The translations under genes and the position numbers were made by a program. A DNA stretch of 62,316 nt, filler included. It is 5 parts of 5 records of this genome, joined end to end, with 100 filler letters (N's around TTAATTAATTAA, not from the genome) between each part and the next. Parts side by side here need not be neighbours in the genome. Positions count along the whole stretch, not along the records: positions 39,902 to 49,882 come from SRR31156797_11198; positions 49,983 to 56,777 come from SRR31156797_11199; positions 56,878 to 62,316 come from SRR31156797_11251; 2 more parts are not named here. One strand, written 5' to 3'. Positions 48,130 through 56,986 of this stretch are shown here, piece by piece; position 1 is the first letter of the stretch; every line of letters begins with the position of its first letter. Under the pieces are notes generated by a model. It was not told the DNA's origin and did not search any database. It saw nothing but the letters and a program-made list of their open reading frames with translations.

Positions 48130-49485
48130 ATGCTAACCATCGCCCCATTCAAAGGCTTAACCTATAATTTTCACGAAAAAAAAGATCTTTCCACACTTGT
48201 TGCGCCCCCCTATGACGTGATTTCCCAAGAGGAGCAGCAGGCATATTACCAGGCCGACCCGCACAATGTCATCCGATTAATTTTAGGTGAGAAAAGAACC
48301 GGTGATTCGGATTGGGACAACCGGTACACACGGGCGGCGGATACTTTTCAAAGGTGGCAGTCCAACCGTCACCTCATAAGATCCCCTCGTCCCTGTCTTT
48401 ACTTGACCGCCATGACATATGATCCGGGCAACGGTATGGCCATGCGGACCCGGTGGGGGATTATTTCGCTGGCTCGCATTGAAGATGAGGGGTCGGGCGT
48501 TATCCTTCCCCACGAAAGGACTTTTTCCGCCCACAAAGAAGATCGTTTGAAACTATACAGGGCCTGCGGAGCACAATTCAGCCAGATTTTCGGGCTTTAT
48601 GATGACCGTGAGAATGTTGTTTTAAATGCCTGCCGCTCGTCCGCGGACCTGACGCCCCAGATGGATTTTCAGCTGGCGGACGGGACCCGGCACCGTCTCT
48701 GGATGCTGGAAGATCAGCAGCTTTTCAAACAGGTGGCGGTTGCCATGAGGTCAAAGACCATTTTTATTGCCGACGGGCATCACCGCTATGAAACCTCCCG
48801 CAATTACAGAAACATCCTGCGCGCAAGGCATGGCCGAAAACCTGCGGATAAGTCCTACGAGTTCGTCATGATGTATCTTTCAAATATGCGGGATGAGGGC
48901 CTCACCATACTTCCTTCCCACAGAATGCTCAAACGGGTACCCGATTTTCAGGAGGCATCTTTTCTTCTGAAGGCGGAAAAATATTTTGATATCAAACCGT
49001 TTCCCATTTCATCCGATGGCATGAATCATCAATATGAAACCTACAAGGATGTTTTGCAGGATGCCGGATTGAAAAGAACGTCATTCGCCTTTTTTCACCA
49101 TGGCAGCGACCGATGGTGCCTGCTTTCACTGAAAGAGGGAGCCCATGGCGAAATGGGAGATGACCTGCACGCTTCCCTCAAAAAGCTGGATGTGGTGGTT
49201 CTTTCCCGGTTAATTTTTCAGAAATGTCTGGGGTTTACCAAAGAAGGCCTCGATGATGACGAGATCTTTCATTATCAGAGTGATACGCCGCAGGCCCTTT
49301 CGAGCGTGGCATCGGGAGAATACCGGATGATGTTCATGCTGAATGCCACCAAAATCGAGCATGTGACCGAGGTGGCGCAAAACGGTCTTGTCATGCCGAG
49401 AAAATCAACCTACTTTTATCCCAAGGTACTGACGGGTCTGGTGTTCAATAAAATTGATCCCAAAGAATTCATATGGGTCTCCTGA
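48130..49485 (+). CDS. DUF1015 domain-containing protein
   Basis: APPYDVIS, ILPHERT, IADGHHRYET, ILPSHR, MPRKSTYFYPK. Confidence 0.9.
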   Translation: MLTIAPFKGLTYNFHEKKDLSTLVAPPYDVISQEEQQAYYQADPHNVIRLILGEKRTGDSDWDNRYTRAADTFQRWQSNRHLIRSPRPCLYLTAMTYDPGNGMAMRTRWGIISLARIEDEGSGVILPHERTFSAHKEDRLKLYRACGAQFSQIFGLYDDRENVVLNACRSSADLTPQMDFQLADGTRHRLWMLEDQQLFKQVAVAMRSKTIFIADGHHRYETSRNYRNILRARHGRKPADKSYEFVMMYLSNMRDEGLTILPSHRMLKRVPDFQEASFLLKAEKYFDIKPFPISSDGMNHQYETYKDVLQDAGLKRTSFAFFHHGSDRWCLLSLKEGAHGEMGDDLHASLKKLDVVVLSRLIFQKCLGFTKEGLDDDEIFHYQSDTPQALSSVASGEYRMMFMLNATKIEHVTEVAQNGLVMPRKSTYFYPKVLTGLVFNKIDPKEFIWVS

Positions 49486-49882
49486 GGCCATTTTGGGTCC
49501 TGATGAAGGGTTGGACCTCTTCCTGGACGGACGTCTGAAACTCATTCAACCGAAAGACGGCTACCGGTTTTCCATTGATGCCGTCCTCCTTTCCCGGTTC
49601 GCCACCACACGCCCCGGGGATGTGGTCATGGATCTGGGAACCGGTTGCGGGGTGATCCCCTTGATCCTGCTGCTGACAAAACCGGTGGGGCATGTCTTCG
49701 GACTGGAGGTTCAGGAAGGGCTGATTGCCCTGGCGGCCCGAAATGTGCGGCTCAACGGGTTTGAAAAGAGGATGGATGTGGTCAGGGGCGACATGCGTCA
49801 TCCGCCGTTTGCCTCCGGGATCGCAAACCTTGTGGTGTGTAACCCCCCCTATCGGAAAATGAAAAGCGGGCGTATCAACCCC
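49454..49882 (+). CDS. SAM-dependent methyltransferase, tRNA1(Val) m6A37 TrmN6/YfiC-like, 3' truncated
   Basis: QPKDGYRFSIDAVLL, DLGTGCGVI, CNPPY. Confidence 0.85.
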
Positions 49883-49982
49883 NNNNNNNNNNNNNNNNNN
49901 NNNNNNNNNNNNNNNNNNNNNNNNNNTTAATTAATTAANNNNNNNNNNNNNNNNNNNNNNNNNNNNNNNNNNNNNNNNNNNN
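49883..49982. other. artificial contig spacer
   Basis: N44-TTAATTAATTAA-N44. Confidence 0.98.
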
Positions 49983-49983
49983 G

Positions 49984-50957
49984 ACCGGCAGCAACGACGA
50001 AATTGTGTTCAGGGAAACACTTGCCGACGGCACCTTGGGCGACCCGATAACGGCCACCATCACGCCCGGTACGGACTATACGCCCGATGCATTGGCCGCT
50101 GCCATGGAAACGGCCATGGAAGCCGCCTCCCTGACAGACGGCAATGAGATTGACTACACAGTTTCCTTTGACGCCGGGACTAAAACATTCTCCATCCAGG
50201 AGAACGGTTCCGACCTCGACGAGATGCAAATCGAATGGGGCAGCAGCTCCGCTGCCGCCGACCTGGGATTTGATGCGGCGACAGACACCTTCACGACCAC
50301 CCGGGCCATCGGCATCACCGCCGGTACCAACGACGAAATCGTGTTCCGGGAAACCCTTGCTGACGGCACCCTGGGCCCCCAGCTGACGGCCACCATTGCC
50401 GCCCGTGCGGACTATACGCCCGAGGAACTGGCAGCAGCCATGGAAACATCCATGGAAGCCGCCTCATTGGCAGGCGGAAATGAAATCGACTACACGGTCT
50501 CATATGACGACAAGACCAAGCAATTCTCCATCAAGGAGAACGGTTCCGACCTCCACAACCTGACCATGGAATGGGGAAGCAGCTCAGCCGCCGCAGACTT
50601 GGGCTTTGACGCAGTGACAGACACCTATGACACCATCAGCATCACGGCCGGCACCAACGACGAAATCGTTTTCCGGGAGCGGCTTGCCGACGGCTCCCTG
50701 GGCGATGCACTCACGGCAACCATCCCGGCAGGCGGCACCTATACCCCTTACTCATTAGCCACCGCCATGGAAACAGCCATGGAAGCCGCCTCATTGGCAG
50801 GCGGGAATGAAATCGACTACACGGTCTCCTTTGATGCGGAAAGTCAGCAATTCTCCATCCAGGAAAACGGTTCCGAACTCCATGAGCTGAGCATGGAGTG
50901 GGGAAACAGTTCAGCTGCCGGCACCCTCGGATTTGACAGCGAGACTGACACCTACAA
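49984..50957 (+). repeat. at least three near-identical ~110-aa tandem repeats in FliD
   Basis: NDEIVFRE at 49993, 50329 and 50656 (periods 336 and 327 nt); long identical DNA stretches between copies. Confidence 0.92.
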
Positions 50958-51693
50958 GCCCTACGAATCCATCCTGAATGCCCGGTTTACGGTTGATTCC
51001 ATCGCCTATCAGCGGCAATCCAACACCGAGATAAATGATGTGATCATGGGGCTCAATCTTGACATGACCGCCACCGGCACCACCTCCATCAACGTCACCA
51101 CCGACCTGAGCGAGATTAAAACCAGCATGGTGAAGCTGGTGGAGACCCTGAACAGCCTGAAAACCGAAATCGATTCCCAAAACACCTATGACATCAAAAC
51201 CCAGAAAAAGGGGCTCCTGTTCGGTGAATCCTCCGTTAACAGACTCGCCGAGGAACTGGCCGATTTCGTGAGCACATCGATCTTTACCAACAGCTCAATC
51301 AAAAGTCTGACAGACCTTGGATTTGAAATAAACAGGGACGGTTCCTTCGCCCTTGACGAGGATAAACTGGACAGTGTCCTCAAAGCCAAGCCGGAAGATG
51401 TTCAGGATTTTTTCATTGGGGACCTTGACGGAGAATACAAAGGGTTCGGAGATCTTTTAAATGAGAAACTGAGGAACTATACAGGTGTGGACGGCCTAAT
51501 TACAAGTGAGAAAAACGAGGCCCAGACCCAGATCGACCGACTCACAGACGATATAGAGGAAGATACGAAGCAACTTGACAAACGCTATGAAATAATGGCC
51601 AAGCAGTTTGTCGAACTTGATATTTACATGAGAAAAATGACCGCCCAGTCTGATTTCCTCAAACAAATGTTTGAACCCACAGAGAAAAAATAA
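49984..51693 (+). CDS. fliD: flagellar filament cap protein FliD, 5' truncated, with inserted tandem repeats
   Basis: FliD C-terminal domain (RQSNTEINDVIMG, LTDLGFEINRDGSFALD, RYEIMAKQFVELD); directly upstream of fliS; frame is open to the contig edge. Confidence 0.9.
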   Translation, partial: TGSNDEIVFRETLADGTLGDPITATITPGTDYTPDALAAAMETAMEAASLTDGNEIDYTVSFDAGTKTFSIQENGSDLDEMQIEWGSSSAAADLGFDAATDTFTTTRAIGITAGTNDEIVFRETLADGTLGPQLTATIAARADYTPEELAAAMETSMEAASLAGGNEIDYTVSYDDKTKQFSIKENGSDLHNLTMEWGSSSAAADLGFDAVTDTYDTISITAGTNDEIVFRERLADGSLGDALTATIPAGGTYTPYSLATAMETAMEAASLAGGNEIDYTVSFDAESQQFSIQENGSELHELSMEWGNSSAAGTLGFDSETDTYKPYESILNARFTVDSIAYQRQSNTEINDVIMGLNLDMTATGTTSINVTTDLSEIKTSMVKLVETLNSLKTEIDSQNTYDIKTQKKGLLFGESSVNRLAEELADFVSTSIFTNSSIKSLTDLGFEINRDGSFALDEDKLDSVLKAKPEDVQDFFIGDLDGEYKGFGDLLNEKLRNYTGVDGLITSEKNEAQTQIDRLTDDIEEDTKQLDKRYEIMAKQFVELDIYMRKMTAQSDFLKQMFEPTEKK

Positions 51694-51708
51694 TTTTGGA
51701 GGTTTTTC

Positions 51709-52137
51709 GTGAATCCAAGCATGGCATACCAAGTATATCACAAATCACAGGCCCATGAGTGCATGGAGCCTAAAGAGCTGACCCTGCTCCTCTACAAGGA
51801 GGCGATCAAACGACTCAACCTGACAAAGGGTGCGCTTCTGGAAGGAGACGTACCGAAAAGGGGAGAAAATCTGGGCCGGGCAATCGCGATCATCTCTGAA
51901 CTCAACTCCTGCCTCCAGACGGAGAACGAAGCGGAGGAAATACTTTTTCTGAGGGGTCTCTACACCTCCATCCTTACCGAGCTTCCCAAGGTCAATGTGA
52001 GCAAAAGCGTTGACACGATAGATACGGTATTGCGATACATGCAAAAACTCAAGGAGATCTGGGAAAATGATGTCATGGGAAAAAAAAAGCCTGAACCCCG
52101 GGCAACCACTGCGGCCAAATCCCATGAATATGCATAG
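51709..52137 (+). CDS. fliS: flagellin export chaperone FliS
   Basis: AYQVY, LLLYKEAI, RAIAIISEL, LRGLY, LKEIW; GGAGG RBS with GTG start. Confidence 0.9.
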   Translation: MNPSMAYQVYHKSQAHECMEPKELTLLLYKEAIKRLNLTKGALLEGDVPKRGENLGRAIAIISELNSCLQTENEAEEILFLRGLYTSILTELPKVNVSKSVDTIDTVLRYMQKLKEIWENDVMGKKKPEPRATTAAKSHEYA

Positions 52138-52149
52138 CAGACAAAAGGC

Positions 52150-52515
52150 TTGATCATGGAGACTCGTACAACGCTGGGAATGGTATTAGACCGATTCAAA
52201 ACCCTTCAGGAGAAGCACATCAAGGCGCTTGGGAAAGGTCGGATAGACACGGAAAGCCTTCTTTTTGAAAGGGGCCGGGCATTTGAAGATCTCAGGAATT
52301 ATGTATCGGCAATCCCCGGAATATCCATACCGGAAGCCTGCAAAAAACAGGTATCCGACATCCTGAAAAAGGACAAAATGCTGACGGATAAAATCAAAAA
52401 TCGTCAGCACGAACTTTCAAAAGCAATAACCAATGGTCAAAAAGGCAAAAAAGCGCTAAAAGGATACCAGGGTGTATCAAACAGGAGTTCACGTGTCATG
52501 AAAATAACCGGATAG
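52150..52515 (+). CDS. FliT-like flagellar chaperone (hypothetical)
   Basis: Helical 121-aa protein in the FliT position after fliS, with a KKALKGY C-terminal motif. Confidence 0.6.
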   Translation: MIMETRTTLGMVLDRFKTLQEKHIKALGKGRIDTESLLFERGRAFEDLRNYVSAIPGISIPEACKKQVSDILKKDKMLTDKIKNRQHELSKAITNGQKGKKALKGYQGVSNRSSRVMKITG

Positions 52516-52577
52516 ACCGCGGCCATTATCCCCTGGCAGGCCCATTAAATATTAGAAGCAAAGAGGAAAGAAAAGAG

Positions 52578-52985
52578 ATGAATACAAACAGCACAACCGC
52601 AAAAGAACATATCAGTAGTCTCTCACCGCCAACCGCTCTCTATAACAACGGTCCCGACCAGGTTAACGTATCGGATAAAATCAACGACCCTGACAAAATA
52701 AATGATTCGGAAAAAACAACCGAAACAAAAGGCTCGTTGGATCCCGGCAACACGGTTGTCTCCAAGGAAGAGGCCGATGAGATTGTCGAGTCCCTTTATG
52801 AACTGACCGAAATGCTTCAGACGTCCATCACGTTTCAGGTGGATGAAGATACAAATTCGGTGATGATAAAAGTTCTCGACAAGAAAAGCGACGAGGTCAT
52901 CCGGCAGATTCCCACGGAAGAGATCCTGAAACTTCGGAAAAAAATGGAAGAAATGACCGGAATCCTCTTGAATGAAAAAGTTTAA
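52578..52985 (+). CDS. flaG: flagellar protein FlaG
   Basis: ITFQVDEDT..VMIKVLDKKSDEVIRQIPTEEIL...GILLNEKV. Confidence 0.92.
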   Translation: MNTNSTTAKEHISSLSPPTALYNNGPDQVNVSDKINDPDKINDSEKTTETKGSLDPGNTVVSKEEADEIVESLYELTEMLQTSITFQVDEDTNSVMIKVLDKKSDEVIRQIPTEEILKLRKKMEEMTGILLNEKV

Positions 52986-53029
52986 AGAGAAACGACGGTT
53001 CCCACCACCCCCCGACCTGTCACCTGTCT

Positions 53030-53452
53030 TTATAACAGGGAATGTTTGTATGAATAGCCGCTGTTTTCGAGAATCAACTGATAACTCTCTTTTGATGTAT
53101 TGTTGATGGCAAGGGGGCCCATGAGATTCACCGTCATCTTTTCGGGGTGATGCTCAGGAATGGTGACAACAGCCAGATAGGAAATCTCATCGGTTTTGTT
53201 CCAGGAGGCTGCTTTGATTACCTTGGGCTGATCAATAAAATAATCCTTTAACACAAGAAAGGGATCAATCACAAAAAAAGCCAAATCCGGGTTATCCACG
53301 GCCTGGTAAAGCATGAAGGGGGCCAGGCTTTTATCCTTAATCAGCACATACCGCTTCAGTTCTTCAAATCCCAACATCCCGTCCGGCATTGTCAGGATTT
53401 TCTCTTCGTCAATCTCTATCCTGCCGAACTTTTTTGTATCAATCTCCAACAT
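53030..53452 (-). CDS. fliW: flagellar assembly factor FliW
   Basis: TKKFGRIEI, GMLGFE, LAFFVIDPF, TVNLMGPLAIN. Confidence 0.93.
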   Translation of the reverse strand: MLEIDTKKFGRIEIDEEKILTMPDGMLGFEELKRYVLIKDKSLAPFMLYQAVDNPDLAFFVIDPFLVLKDYFIDQPKVIKAASWNKTDEISYLAVVTIPEHHPEKMTVNLMGPLAINNTSKESYQLILENSGYSYKHSLL

Positions 53453-53696
53453 CCTGATCCTTTATGCTCCTGTTTGCCCAAAGACCTGCAGCCTTAGCCA
53501 GATCTGAAACGCTTCCCTTTGAAGAGAGGATATTTTCCTGCTGAATCTGTTCGTAAATCTCGTTCCTTAACACGGAAACATCCGGAGGCGCATCAATGCC
53601 GATGCGGACCCTGCTTTTGCCAATTTCAATAATTTTGACAACAATATCATCTGCAATCCGAATACTCTCTCCGGGCTTCCGTGTTAGAACAAGCAT
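53439..53696 (-). CDS. csrA: carbon storage regulator CsrA with the FliW-type C-terminal extension
   Basis: MLVLTRKPGESIRI...VRIGIDAP..V.VLRNEIY, then IQQEN extension; overlaps fliW by 14 nt. Confidence 0.95.
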   Translation of the reverse strand: MLVLTRKPGESIRIADDIVVKIIEIGKSRVRIGIDAPPDVSVLRNEIYEQIQQENILSSKGSVSDLAKAAGLWANRSIKDQDVGD

Positions 53697-53706
53697 AAAC
53701 TCTCCA

Positions 53707-55794
53707 CTACAGGTAATCCACCAGGCTGATTTTCATGATCTTGGAGGTGGACGAAAGCGCAGCTTCATAGGCAGTCTGAACAGCCTTCAGATCCATGGCG
53801 GACTTGACAATGTCTGCATCCTCAATGGATGACCGCCGGTTGTTAACACTGAGTTCGGTCTCCGCCATCACATTGATCCGGGTCTGCAGATTATTCTGCT
53901 TCAATCCGGTATTGGTCAGAAAAGCCTGCACATGCTCCATATGGGAATCCAGCCGGGTCAAGGTTCGCTGCAAGCCCTCGACATCGTTGTTGGCAAGGTA
54001 CCCCTTAAGATCAAACAATGTATTAAAAACACCCCATTCCGGCTCTGTTTCGCTGGTGGGTGCTGTGTGAACGTCCTTCTCGGGATCAAATCCGAGATCC
54101 TCGCCAAGGGCTTTTGCGTCATCGCTTCCCGTCCAGTCGATCTGAACCTCTTTCAACTGGGGGCTGCCTTCCTCCTGAATCACAAAGACCTTTTTATCAT
54201 AATCAAACGAAACTTCATAGTCAATTCCGCCGGAAGCGTCCGGATAGTAGTCTTCCGAGGCCTTTTCCATGGCGGCTTCGATATCATTGGCCAAGTCCGT
54301 AAAAGTTTTATCCGTTGGCAATACAGCGGTCTCTAAATAGGTTTCACCCGCGGTGAGAGTTGCGGTGATGGGCCCCTGGAGTCCATAGCCGTCCCCACTG
54401 TCCTCGTAAAATACAATCTCATTGTTATCCGCAGTGACGGCGATGGGATCAGACACCTTGGTTATTGGATCAGCAGCTACCTTGCTGTCGCTCACAATAG
54501 CATCCCTGACATCCACAGGCTCAAACCCGATATCCGGGGCAATGCTGGTGCCGGCCCCATGGCTCAGATCCCCATGGAGAGGATAGAAATCATCCTTGGT
54601 AAACCCAAGTGCGTTTCCTGCCGTATTCAGGTTGGGTTCGCTGGTCCAGTTCACCTGAAAGCCTTGAATATCACTGCCGCTGCCCGTCCGGATAGAAAAT
54701 TTATTTGTCACTTCATTGAAGGTAACCTCATACTCCCCCGAAGAGACCTGGTTCATCTCATACTGAACCTTCTGGGCCAGCTCGTCGCCACTCCCATAAT
54801 CCCTTGCGGGAATCACAACGGTCAACGGACTGCCCATGCCGGCCCCGGTATCTTCCCGGAACTGAAAGGTGTTATTATCTTCAGTGATTTGAAACCCCGT
54901 TACCGCCACGTCGCTCTCAACGGAATCGATGCTCAGCCCCGAATGGGTGCCGCTGCCAAAGAGTAGCTCCACATGGCTACCTTTTTTTGAACCGTCATCC
55001 TGGATGGAAAACTTTCCGGATTCAGCATCAAATTTAACATCGTATTTGAGACCGTAACCGTCCTTTGAGGCGGAAGCGTGATCCATGGCGGTCTCAATGG
55101 CCTCGGCCAGCTCCTCTTTTGTATAGGTGCCGTCGGCAATCTCTGCTGTCAGCTCCTGGCTTGCCTGAAGATACTCCGGAGAGAACTCCCTGAAATCGAT
55201 TTTATTGTTTGAGCTGTCAATGGTGATGGTGTCTTCCGTAAAGATTTTCTCGCCATTCCGTCCCACCTCAAGATTAAAGGATTCGCTTGTTTTAACGGCA
55301 AAGGGGTTTGCGTCCCCATTGTAAACGACCTTGGTCGGATTGAGTTCATCGTCAAAGGTAAACGGGACTTCAGAAGTCTTGGTTCCGCTGAAAATGTAAT
55401 TGCCCATCACCTGGGTATTACCGTAAGCCATCATCTGCTTGATGACATTATTGACATGCTCCACCATGGCGGCCCTGTCCTCTTTGCTTGCTGCGGCACT
55501 GGACATAAACTGGGTGCGGGTTTTGAGATCAAGCAGATCCGTATTAATGGATTTGAAAGCCTCTTCACCGCCGTTAAGCCAGGTCTTTCCCATCTCTATA
55601 TTTTTATTAAACTGTTCAAGGCCCTTGAGATTTGTCTTCATGCCCAGCACCTGGCTCATGCCGATGGGGTCGTCGGACAGGAAATTAATGCGCTTCTGGG
55701 TGGAGACCACCCTGTTGGCTTCCTGCAAGTCGCTGGTAATCCGTCCCAGACGGTAGGTGGCTGAGGCATAGGTTGAAATATTGGGTGCACGCAT
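53707..55794 (-). CDS. flgL: flagellar hook-associated protein 3 FlgL, enlarged (695 aa)
   Basis: TQKRINFLSDDPIG, GNYIFSGTKT, IEDADI, AYEAAL, ISLVDYL; downstream of flgK. Confidence 0.93.
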   Translation of the reverse strand: MRAPNISTYASATYRLGRITSDLQEANRVVSTQKRINFLSDDPIGMSQVLGMKTNLKGLEQFNKNIEMGKTWLNGGEEAFKSINTDLLDLKTRTQFMSSAAASKEDRAAMVEHVNNVIKQMMAYGNTQVMGNYIFSGTKTSEVPFTFDDELNPTKVVYNGDANPFAVKTSESFNLEVGRNGEKIFTEDTITIDSSNNKIDFREFSPEYLQASQELTAEIADGTYTKEELAEAIETAMDHASASKDGYGLKYDVKFDAESGKFSIQDDGSKKGSHVELLFGSGTHSGLSIDSVESDVAVTGFQITEDNNTFQFREDTGAGMGSPLTVVIPARDYGSGDELAQKVQYEMNQVSSGEYEVTFNEVTNKFSIRTGSGSDIQGFQVNWTSEPNLNTAGNALGFTKDDFYPLHGDLSHGAGTSIAPDIGFEPVDVRDAIVSDSKVAADPITKVSDPIAVTADNNEIVFYEDSGDGYGLQGPITATLTAGETYLETAVLPTDKTFTDLANDIEAAMEKASEDYYPDASGGIDYEVSFDYDKKVFVIQEEGSPQLKEVQIDWTGSDDAKALGEDLGFDPEKDVHTAPTSETEPEWGVFNTLFDLKGYLANNDVEGLQRTLTRLDSHMEHVQAFLTNTGLKQNNLQTRINVMAETELSVNNRRSSIEDADIVKSAMDLKAVQTAYEAALSSTSKIMKISLVDYL

Positions 55795-55807
55795 AAAATC
55801 CTCCTAA

Positions 55808-56777
55808 TTATCTCATTCCCAAGAGTGTGTTCAGCATCTCATCGGAAACGGTGACAAGTTTTGACGCAGCACCGAAGGCGTGCTGGTATTTCATCAGATT
55901 GATCATCTCTTCGTCCAGTGATACCGCGGATATGGAATTACGCTGCTCGGTCATGTTGTTCACCATGATATCGGCAAACTGTTTGGAGCTCTTGACGCTT
56001 CTGGATTCGATTCCCAGGGAGCCCATCATCATTTGGTAATAGGAATCAAGGGTCGCCGATGTCAGGTTTGACTGGGCATCAGCCCCCCGGTCATAGGACC
56101 ACATTTCCATATCAATGGTTTGGTGCTGAAGGGCGGCGAGCTTGTTGGCATTACGGTTATCCCCCTGGCTGATCTCCCCGGTCTCACTGTTGATCTGCGC
56201 GGCGTTAATGTATTTTGAATCGGAAAGTTGCGGATTCACCTCCATGGTCATGGCGTCGATCCCGGAAAAAAAGGTGTTAATACCGGCTGCCGCCATCACC
56301 CCGGCGGTGGAGCCGGAATCATCGCCAAAGGCGAAACTCATCTCAGACGGATCGGTGTTTTCGAGGTCGAAATTTAAAAAGCCGTCACCGGTGATCTTGT
56401 TTTTAAAGGTCACTTCGATATCGGCAATGCCGTCCCCGCTGAAATCCACTCCAAACCCGTCATCATCCCCGCCATCGGGAATGAGCCGGATGTTACCGCC
56501 GGTGGGATCGTTCCCCACGGTCCACAGTCCGCCATTTCGGGTAAAGTTGAGATCCCGGACCGCAAAATCAAGGTTGGCGTAATTACGCACTGAGACATCG
56601 GTATTGGCTTCCGAAAATCCCACATTTTCCTTACCGCCCTCAAACACGACGTTCTTCACGTCATGGTAATCATCCGAGGCCTCGAACTTGAGCCGGTTAT
56701 CATCGGTCACCGCGGCCTTCACTCCCGGCGATTGCCTGTTCACCTGCTCGGCAAAGGAGTCAAGGGTCCAGTGCCAG
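55808..56777 (-). CDS. flgK: flagellar hook-associated protein 1 FlgK, 5' truncated
   Basis: GINTFFSG, GDNRNA, SISAVSLDEEMINLMKYQHAFGAASKLV; frame is open to the contig edge. Confidence 0.93.
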
Positions 56778-56877
56778 NNNNNNNNNNNNNNNNNNNNNNN
56801 NNNNNNNNNNNNNNNNNNNNNTTAATTAATTAANNNNNNNNNNNNNNNNNNNNNNNNNNNNNNNNNNNNNNNNNNNN
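56778..56877. other. artificial contig spacer
   Basis: N44-TTAATTAATTAA-N44. Confidence 0.98.
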
Positions 56878-56933
56878 CGAATGCGCTTAACCTGACGGCT
56901 ATGGGAAGAAGCCCCCTACCTACCCGATTTCAT

Positions 56934-56966
56934 AAAAAAAGGGCATTGGTAAAACCAACACCCTTT
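56934..56966 (-). terminator. rho-independent terminator after ppc
   Basis: Minus strand AAAGGGTGTTGGT-TTT-ACCAATGCCC-TTTTTTT. Confidence 0.8.
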
Positions 56967-56986
56967 CAATTATTATAATTGAAATT

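Noticed and set aside
32287-49801. Long overlapping ORFs in the GC-rich segments (e.g. 34301-35320, 36756-37589, 37994-39277, 41255-42202)
   Set aside because: They lie antisense or off-frame to well-supported genes, as expected from stop-codon scarcity at high GC.
31956-56877. Four identical TTAATTAATTAA motifs in N-runs, and the sharp GC shifts, read as repeats or genomic islands
   Set aside because: They are artificial 100-bp concatenation spacers. The segments come from different contigs and probably different organisms, so no cross-segment system (e.g. adhesin plus flagellum) can be inferred.
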